From IMG/VR virus record IMGVR_UViG_3300028591_000136, positions 1 to 64,000 of that record: a stretch of DNA of 64,000 nucleotides. One strand, given 5' to 3'. The DNA comes from a virus (lineage: Duplodnaviria; Caudoviricetes). Within the stretch, counting starts at the first letter, position 1. Every line of letters starts with the position of its first letter. The notes below the pieces were generated by a model. It saw only the letters and a program-made list of their open reading frames with translations, had not been told where the DNA came from and ran no database searches. Made by a program: the position numbers and the translations under genes. Shown one piece after another: positions 57,659-64,000 of this stretch.

Positions 57659-58315
57659 ATGACAGACAAAACAAAAAAGGAGACAAAACCTGTAGTATTA
57701 ACACAAGACAACGTCATCGAACAGGCTAAAGCTGGTAACATCATGACCACTGACATGGTCAACAAGATGAACGAAGAGTTAAAAGATGAGCAGAACAAAC
57801 AAGTAATTGCTGAAACCAAGCGTCGTTACACCAAGATTGCATATGTTCGCAGCATGTCTTTGGTGCACAAGCGTAAGTCATCAGACTATGATAACATGAG
57901 CACGTACAATATACGTCAGCTCGGTCGTCTGGAGAGATTCTTGTGTGGTTTTGTAGTAACCGACATCATCGTCGACGAGTTTGCTCGTACGAAGGATGAT
58001 ATCCTTGAGCTGGAGGTGCTTGATGAGAAGAAGAAGACTCTTACCATCAAGATTCCTAACGCTGATGGCAAGCGTGAGGCTAAAGAATTCAAAGTCGGTG
58101 ATAGCGTTCCTCCTGTGATCAGCTATATCGAGTTCGACGAAGCCGTCGAGAAGCTCGAGAAGAAGCTGCGTGAGAAACGCACGGAAATCGAGAATAAGCA
58201 CACCGAAGAGGTTAAGACCATCAAGCAGGCAGCTGGTGAATACTACTGCAGCGACTGGTCATACAACCTTAAGATTGTGACTATGGACGGTTTCCAGAGT
58301 GCTCGTGGTTGGTAA
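57659..58315 (+). CDS. Probably highly expressed hypothetical protein, 218 aa
   Basis: MCP-like codon bias and the AAACATTTATCAAAAATG leader. Confidence 0.7.
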   Translation: MTDKTKKETKPVVLTQDNVIEQAKAGNIMTTDMVNKMNEELKDEQNKQVIAETKRRYTKIAYVRSMSLVHKRKSSDYDNMSTYNIRQLGRLERFLCGFVVTDIIVDEFARTKDDILELEVLDEKKKTLTIKIPNADGKREAKEFKVGDSVPPVISYIEFDEAVEKLEKKLREKRTEIENKHTEEVKTIKQAAGEYYCSDWSYNLKIVTMDGFQSARGW

Positions 58316-58335
58316 CCACAGTGATTCACTTATCC

Positions 58336-58790
58336 ACACAGTTCGAGCCTAGAGCCAATACTGTGTAAAACAGAGAATGCAGACTACGTTATGGATAATC
58401 CGTATAATACAGTGAAGTGGGTATTGCACCGTGATTCTTCCAAGCATTAGTACGGTAGGGTATCGACACTCGCATTCAACAAATTGTAGAATTAACTACA
58501 CATACTAAAGAGCCTAGAGCCATGTATGGGATAAAAACGCCGTCCACACGGTGTAAAATATGTGGTCATTTGATCAAAATCACGAATCATGTTGAGCCTT
58601 GAGCCAACATTATGTTGCATGATGATTTCAAGAATGCAGATATGACCTATTTCCGAGCCTTGAGCCAGCATTTAGACCACCATATCACCTAATTTTAAGG
58701 TTTCAAGAAAAGCCTTTCTAAGCGTTTTTAAAGCTTGAGTGGATTAGCTACCCACGAGAGTAGAGAAAATGTCTCAGAGAGCCTAGAAAT
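58336..58790 (+). repeat. Array of GAGCCTWGAGCCA motifs, mostly enclosed by sequence-variable stems
   Basis: Copies at 58345, 58510, 58594 and 58655, plus a partial copy at 58779. Confidence 0.8.
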
Positions 58791-58839
58791 GGCCTTAAAT
58801 CGAATGTTTTGACTGATCATCTTAACATTCACAACAAGA

Positions 58840-59115
58840 ATCTTAGCGTGTCCCAGGATACGTCGTTCGGACGGGGGTTCGATTCCCCCCAGGTCCACCT
58901 GTACGGTTCTTTTACGTAGCGACCGATGGGTACAGCCGGTGAATTTTCTACCTAAAAAGAAAAGCTACAATCCGGGCTTGAATGGTTTAGACGGCGACAG
59001 AAAGTAAGACATTAAGCGCTTTGATATAAAAATTAACTGGCAATATTAAAATTGCAGACTACACGGGTCTCAAGGAGGCAGCGTGAAGTCGGTGTACAGG
59101 CTACCTAAGTGCCTG
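58840..59115 (+). ncRNA. ssrA: Circularly permuted (two-piece) tmRNA
   Basis: The 3' tRNA-like half (GTCGTT..GGGGG-TTCGATT-CCCCC-CAGGTCC-A, 58862-58897) precedes the 5' half (GGGCTTG-AATGGTTTAGAC-GGCGAC, from 58974). The acceptor stem has the G3.U70 pair. Resume context TAACT-GGC; tag GNIKIADYTGLKEAA-TGA at 59039-59086. Outer boundaries are approximate. Confidence 0.85.
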
Positions 59116-59123
59116 TGAAACGA

Positions 59124-59198
59124 GAATGAGTTGAGTGAGAGGATAACTGTCCTGCAGCTTTGCCGGATCACGTGGGTTCGAATCCCACACTCATTCCA
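59124..59198 (+). ncRNA. tRNA-like element with canonical acceptor stem and T-arm but non-canonical D and anticodon arms
   Basis: GAATGAGT...GTGGG-TTCGAAT-CCCAC-ACTCATTC-CA. Confidence 0.55.
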
Positions 59199-59297
59199 AG
59201 CGCGAGAGCGTGATTTGGTATCCTTTGGCATAATACAACAAATTGTTTTTTTAGTTATTTAAGGAATGATTTCTAGCCCTACGGTGGTAGGGCATCT

Positions 59298-59371
59298 GGA
59301 CTTGTAGCTCAGCTGGTTAGAGCACATGACTCATAATCATGGGGTCCCAGGTTCAAACCCTGGCTGGTCCA
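59298..59371 (+). tRNA. tRNA with CAT anticodon (elongator Met or lysidine Ile2)
   Basis: Cloverleaf with CATGA-CT[CAT]AA-TCATG. Confidence 0.85.
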
Positions 59372-59470
59372 CGAGTTTTATTACCTATTCTCATTAAAAC
59401 AACGGGTAACTCTACATTTCGAGGGCAAAATGCGCGTGGCCACATTCAAGCGAAATAATGTGGCATGCTT

Positions 59471-59544
59471 GGTTCCTTAGCTCAGCTGGATAGAGCATGA
59501 CACTTCTAATGTCAGGGTCAAAGGTTCGAATCCTTTAGGAATCA
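59471..59544 (+). tRNA. tRNA-Arg(TCT)
   Basis: Cloverleaf with TGACA-CT[TCT]AA-TGTCA and T-loop TTCGAAT. Confidence 0.88.
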
Positions 59545-59546
59545 CT

Positions 59547-60080
59547 ATGAAAAAATTAGGATATCGAGAAATGTTACGGGACAGATGTCCCAAAGTTGTT
59601 AGTCATGCTCTCAAATGGCAAAAAGCCAAAGAGAAATGGATTGACCATGTGTATTCTTATTTTGTTAAAATACTTGGCGATGAAGTCGACATTGATGATA
59701 AGATTGTAAAAACAGCAAAAGATAACAAACGAACTGTTATTAGCTTCTTATTAGGAATGAAGAAAGGAAAAATCAAGAATTTTAACTTTAAGAATACAAT
59801 TGATTGGGACAACTTATCAGATGAAGAGACTAAATATTGGGAAACGGTCTCAACATGGGTAAGATGGTTCAGTACTAAGTATGGGTATATAGAAAACCTA
59901 TACGATATCTCTAAAAAGGTAGGTAAAGATGAAGAGACTATTAAAATCGAAATCATCAATAGCTATCTTGGTGCACTAATGCCGTCTCGCGACGCACCTG
60001 AGGAGGAAAAACAAGCTAAATATAATTATGTAGATAGATTTGTTGAATTCTTAATTAGGTGTTTTGAAGGAAAAATATGA
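59547..60080 (+). CDS. Hypothetical protein, 177 aa
   Basis: Intact ORF starting immediately after tRNA-Arg. Confidence 0.65.
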   Translation: MKKLGYREMLRDRCPKVVSHALKWQKAKEKWIDHVYSYFVKILGDEVDIDDKIVKTAKDNKRTVISFLLGMKKGKIKNFNFKNTIDWDNLSDEETKYWETVSTWVRWFSTKYGYIENLYDISKKVGKDEETIKIEIINSYLGALMPSRDAPEEEKQAKYNYVDRFVEFLIRCFEGKI

Positions 60081-60502
60081 TTAGTGTATATTCCCACTAT
60101 TTAGACCCCATAGACGGGGAAACTGATGCATTTGAAAAACCTAGTACTACAATATGCAGGCTACGTAACGCATACAATCAAGGCGTAGAAGGTATATTAC
60201 AAAATGCTAGAGTTTTTGCATTGAACGATGGCGAAATTGATGATGAAATTTTATATGAAGTTTGGAGGAATGAATATCTTCATGATATACTAATGTGGAT
60301 AAACAAGAAAATTGTAATCTTATTAGATATTGCTGATTATCGAACCATAGGTGTTCGAATGCGTATTGCGATCGGTAGACTAAACAAATTAGTCTATGAA
60401 GGTAAATTATCTGAAAAATTGAGTAGAAAAATTCACTACAATTTCGTGACTACAATTAACGGAGAAATCTCAGCTATAAATACTGAAGATTTACCGTTTT
60501 AG
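60077..60502 (+). CDS. Hypothetical protein ending EDLPF
   Basis: Intact ORF. The TAG stop is backed by TGA two codons later. Confidence 0.65.
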   Translation: MISVYSHYLDPIDGETDAFEKPSTTICRLRNAYNQGVEGILQNARVFALNDGEIDDEILYEVWRNEYLHDILMWINKKIVILLDIADYRTIGVRMRIAIGRLNKLVYEGKLSEKLSRKIHYNFVTTINGEISAINTEDLPF

Positions 60503-60705
60503 GGCTGACAACTTAATCTGGATTAGTATTCCAGCAGCCCGCAATACTTGACGAGGGTGGGTGGAATAAATCTCTCACACAGTACTGAGAGGCAGTAGGC
60601 ACCACTATGGTAGGTAGTACGAAAGTGGAGTGTAGTCAAGTAAACTTATACAGCACCGTCTGTTACGCGAGTGACACGCTAATAACCGGTAAAATTGTTT
60701 TGATT

Positions 60706-61263
60706 ATGAACCCACGTATTACCCCAGAGGAGGTTGGGATAATCAAAAGAGCGCAAGCAGGTGATGAACTTGCTTTTAATGCACTTTATCATAGGTACAA
60801 AGGATTCGTGGAAAATCTCCTTTTTCATTATCTTAAAGATATGGATGAGGCCAAGGAAATTGCAAATGTAGTTTTCTTAAAAGTGCATGAGAAACTCTCT
60901 AAGTTCACAGCTTATGACTCCTTTGGAGGATGGCTGAGAATTTTAACAAATCGAACTGCTATCGATTATCTTCGTAGTATAAAGAACAAGCAAACAGCTT
61001 CTGACGTGAAAGAAGAACGACTTACTTCTGACATTCAGGGTTCTACAGAAAATGATCTAGTCAATCATTTGACCTATAAAGCTTTGTTGCGTGAATTCTT
61101 AACGTTTCCAGAGGTCACTCGTAAGATCTTTGAACGTTTCTACATTGATAATATGACAGTAGAAGAGATTAGTGAGTCGTTCAATCCTAAAATCCCAACT
61201 GGAACTATTAAGTCAACGTTGTCTAGGACTAGACGAAAATTGAAAAAACGTTTAAAACTCTAA
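60706..61263 (+). CDS. ECF-type RNA polymerase sigma-70 factor, 185 aa
   Basis: Region 2 (GDELAFNALY...AKEIANVVFLKV...FGGWLRILTNRTAIDYLR) and region 4 (EEIS...PTGTIKSTLSRTRRKLK). Likely start MNPRIT at 60706. Confidence 0.88.
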   Translation: MNPRITPEEVGIIKRAQAGDELAFNALYHRYKGFVENLLFHYLKDMDEAKEIANVVFLKVHEKLSKFTAYDSFGGWLRILTNRTAIDYLRSIKNKQTASDVKEERLTSDIQGSTENDLVNHLTYKALLREFLTFPEVTRKIFERFYIDNMTVEEISESFNPKIPTGTIKSTLSRTRRKLKKRLKL

Positions 61264-61267
61264 GAAA

Positions 61268-61678
61268 ATGACATTAGCTTTGTTCATTTTTGCGATTGCA
61301 CTTGCTCTTGGTATAGCTCGCTATAACAATAGCAACAAGCTATTTTGGACGTTATTGACGTGCTTTATACTTGGCATCGCATGCACTAAGATTGTCCATG
61401 ACACTCTTAGTGAGAAGGAACAGAGTGAACAGTCGCTCGATCAGGCGTATCCCACACAGGGGTTAGCAGTTACGGGGAACACATTTATGTTGTTCACAAA
61501 TCCCGATAACTGTTTAACAGACGTGAAGGTAACTTCAAAACCTGTGAGTCAGGCTATTACGCCTGATTATATCGAGTTACTGAACACTCTAAGTAATGTC
61601 TCTGGGGTGACTCAGGGATTATATCTTCATACCCTACCTAACCCACCAAATAAGGTAGAACTCGTAGATACATCATGA
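61268..61678 (+). CDS. Two-TM membrane protein directly after the sigma factor
   Basis: Two N-terminal hydrophobic helices; 4-bp gap from the sigma gene. Confidence 0.6.
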   Translation: MTLALFIFAIALALGIARYNNSNKLFWTLLTCFILGIACTKIVHDTLSEKEQSEQSLDQAYPTQGLAVTGNTFMLFTNPDNCLTDVKVTSKPVSQAITPDYIELLNTLSNVSGVTQGLYLHTLPNPPNKVELVDTS

Positions 61679-61761
61679 AAATATCTATATGAAGAAAATA
61701 TAGGTCACAGTTAAGTAGTTTGACCGGCTACAAGTAAATAATTCTAAATCACATTATCAAA

Positions 61762-63186
61762 ATGGGAAATAACAAAAAATCTGCAGCTCAGAAGGCAGCA
61801 GAACAGCAGGCAGCTGCACAGCAGGCTCCTGCAGAAGGAAAGGTAGAAATGCCTACCACAAATGTAAACCCTCAAACAAAGGGTCTTACACAGGGCGAGA
61901 AGGTTGCTTATCTAGGTGCTCTCCAGACGGAGCGTGCTTATATGATGAACAACATAGAGAAGCCCTCTAAGGTGTTTATCGATGGTCTCACTATGCTTGC
62001 TCATGCAACTATCATCGATATTGGTATTGGTGAGATAGCTACTGGCTGTAGCGCAGTTGGTTATATCTCAACCATCAACGAGCAGAATTACGGTTTCTTC
62101 CGTGATATGGCTGCTGAGATGGGTGTGAAATTGCCAGAGTTCAAAGCTCTACCTGCTCCCACAGAGGAACAGTTGCAGAAAGCCGGTATCGCTGGTATTT
62201 TGCCCAATGCTAAGATGATTACCATTGGCAAGAATAACGTTGAAAAGAGCGTTATTGACAAGAAGAAGGAAGAAATTCGTGCTACCGAAAAGGCCGTCGA
62301 GAACCCAGCCGACGTAAAGAGCGATGAGCAGCTGAAAGCCTCTCTTACAGCTATGCTTATCAAGCCAGTAGGTAACGACGAAGCAAACAAGAACAGACCT
62401 GATCCTCGTGTTCAGCGTACTATCAACTTCTATAATGGTTATCTGACTATTCAGGCTAACAACGCCGAGAATAAGGAGGAAGCCTTGAAGAAGGTGAAGG
62501 AGAAGAGCCGCATTCAGCTGCTCACTGAGATTTCGGAGATTGTAGGTCCATGTCCGTTCGCTCTGAGCGGTATTGCCAAGTTTCTTCGAAACCGTGCCTT
62601 TGAGACCGGTTCTCCTATCTCATCTTACTGCTTCTATCGTCGTTGTGCCATTGAAAAGGGTAAGGATGCCGATGATCAGTACGTGGCTGACCTGGTTCGC
62701 ACCATTCTAGTATGGTCTTGTAAGAGTAATATCGCAGAGTTTAATAAGCTTCTCGAGACTCAGGAAAAGAACGTAAAGAATGAGAAGGGTGCTGCTAAGA
62801 CAGCTACTGAGTCCGCTATTCGTTACAATAAGACTCAGATTGAGGAGATGAAGCGCATCATCGATGAGGTTTCTGAACCTAACTTCGATTGTGTTGATTC
62901 TCTGATTGAGGATTATAACAGCGATGAAAAGAGCGAGAAGTACAGATTGTCTCATCGTGTTGTAGATGATATTATGAAGACATATTATCCTGAGGTGGAT
63001 CGCACCAAGGTTGATGAAATGTCTATGCTCGCAGCTGTTCAGCAGCGTGCTGGTATCATCATCAATATGTTCCGCAGTCCTCTCAACCAGAATCAGGCAT
63101 ATTGTGAGGCTAATCTCAGCAATATTGTCGAGAAGAAGGTTGAAGAGAAACCTGCAGAAAGTGCTGAGGGTGAGTCAAAAAACTGA
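61762..63186 (+). CDS. Probably highly expressed hypothetical protein, 474 aa
   Basis: Long ORF with strong codon bias and the CATTATCAAAATG leader. Confidence 0.75.
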   Translation: MGNNKKSAAQKAAEQQAAAQQAPAEGKVEMPTTNVNPQTKGLTQGEKVAYLGALQTERAYMMNNIEKPSKVFIDGLTMLAHATIIDIGIGEIATGCSAVGYISTINEQNYGFFRDMAAEMGVKLPEFKALPAPTEEQLQKAGIAGILPNAKMITIGKNNVEKSVIDKKKEEIRATEKAVENPADVKSDEQLKASLTAMLIKPVGNDEANKNRPDPRVQRTINFYNGYLTIQANNAENKEEALKKVKEKSRIQLLTEISEIVGPCPFALSGIAKFLRNRAFETGSPISSYCFYRRCAIEKGKDADDQYVADLVRTILVWSCKSNIAEFNKLLETQEKNVKNEKGAAKTATESAIRYNKTQIEEMKRIIDEVSEPNFDCVDSLIEDYNSDEKSEKYRLSHRVVDDIMKTYYPEVDRTKVDEMSMLAAVQQRAGIIINMFRSPLNQNQAYCEANLSNIVEKKVEEKPAESAEGESKN

Positions 63187-63264
63187 TTAAGGTCCTCATA
63201 GACTGGTTTAAGGATATGTGGGACCGATACTACTGGCTTCATTGGTAATTTAAATCTATCAAAG

Positions 63265-63711
63265 ATGAAATACGTAATGACAATTTTGTGTTCCTTTGCA
63301 TTTGCCATCGCTGGTATATGCTTAGCAATACAGAATAATAGTAGCAGTCCTGGTTATAATCAGAATGCTATTCACGCATCTACGCTTCCCAAATATGGGA
63401 CGCCAAAGTTGCCACTTGATCTCCAATTGGATTTGGAGAAGAAGTACTCTAAGACAGACACTGTGTATTTGCCTTCTGACACGGTGTTTGTAACGAAACA
63501 ACAGAAGGCCAAACCTAAAGTCCGTAGAGCGCATACACTCAAATCGGCTTCGATGAGTCGTCAGAGTTTACGCAGTCCAGCGTATAATCCTGACTCCATT
63601 GTGAAAAACAAAGTATGTGGGGATCGTGAGGAGCATACCCCAGACACTATTGGACTTCCTAAAAGTTCCATTATCCTCGTTGTCGACGGCGAGGAAGTCT
63701 ACAAACGTTAA
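63265..63711 (+). CDS. Membrane-anchored/exported hypothetical protein
   Basis: N-terminal hydrophobic segment; the start may lie slightly upstream. Confidence 0.55.
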   Translation: MKYVMTILCSFAFAIAGICLAIQNNSSSPGYNQNAIHASTLPKYGTPKLPLDLQLDLEKKYSKTDTVYLPSDTVFVTKQQKAKPKVRRAHTLKSASMSRQSLRSPAYNPDSIVKNKVCGDREEHTPDTIGLPKSSIILVVDGEEVYKR

Positions 63712-64000
63712 TAGCTCCGCAGGGGGACAGTATGAGGATTTGTACTGTCCCACCCCGTTGGGGACCTGGTCAGCATTCGTCTAAGGAATTGGTCCCATTA
63801 GCCATAGAATGCGAAATAGTACAACTTGATCCGAGAATATGTCAGCCTTCTCAAAAGGTGAGAAACCCAAAAGGTAGGATGAAATGCTGCATTGTATACG
63901 TACTATATACCGAAAAGTTTGCAGTAAGAGGACAGAGCGTTTGTATCAAGTCCTTTGGCCATTGAGAACCGTCTGGAGAATGGGTGACCATAAAAACGCG

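Noticed and set aside
58336-58790. CRISPR array
   Set aside because: The repeat is only 13 nt, spacing is irregular (61-165 nt), and no cas genes are present.
59471-59544. Possible second amber suppressor (loop contains CTA)
   Set aside because: The stem register TGACA/TGTCA puts TCT at positions 34-36, so it is tRNA-Arg.
46800-64000. Phage release factor or aminoacyl-tRNA synthetase supporting recoding
   Set aside because: No GGQ/SPF or synthetase motifs were recognised in this window; such genes may lie elsewhere in the genome.

Overview
This is a 64-kb segment of a crAss-like phage (Crassvirales, probable Bacteroidota host). Positions 1-46.6 kb form one minus-strand late module: cargo/muzzle/ring proteins, spanin-like gene and holin, major capsid protein, scaffold, portal, tail fibres, large terminase, GH108 endolysin, a 2,208-aa CotH/LamG/LRR protein, dUTPase and a GroES-like protein. 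The ORF track is fragmented there because TAG is read as a sense codon (genetic code 15, most likely Gln). Joined at TAG, the fragments give full-length, in-frame, abutting genes ending in TAA/TGA, and a CUA-anticodon suppressor tRNA lies at 44518-44592(-). From ~48.8 kb the plus strand carries small early-type genes with no internal TAG, an ECF sigma factor, a ribosomal bL12-CTD-like protein and an RNA-rich island. The island contains tRNAs, tRNA-like pseudo-forms, a ~500-nt ornate RNA candidate and a circularly permuted (two-piece) tmRNA with tag (A)GNIKIADYTGLKEAA. It also holds an array of stem-loops displaying GAGCC(UA/UU)GAGCCA, whose two variants are complementary to the anticodon arms of the suppressor tRNA and of an aberrant phage tRNA. 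Three GCAAC-N17/18-CGTTA ECF-type promoter motifs sit at the late-gene divergence point and inside the late operon. Together these suggest a phage-encoded, RNA-based system that times the genetic-code switch; this is a hypothesis, not a demonstration. Coordinates of TAG-joined genes were derived by hand (start, stop and frame of each fragment), and protein identities come from motif recognition and gene order, not database searches.
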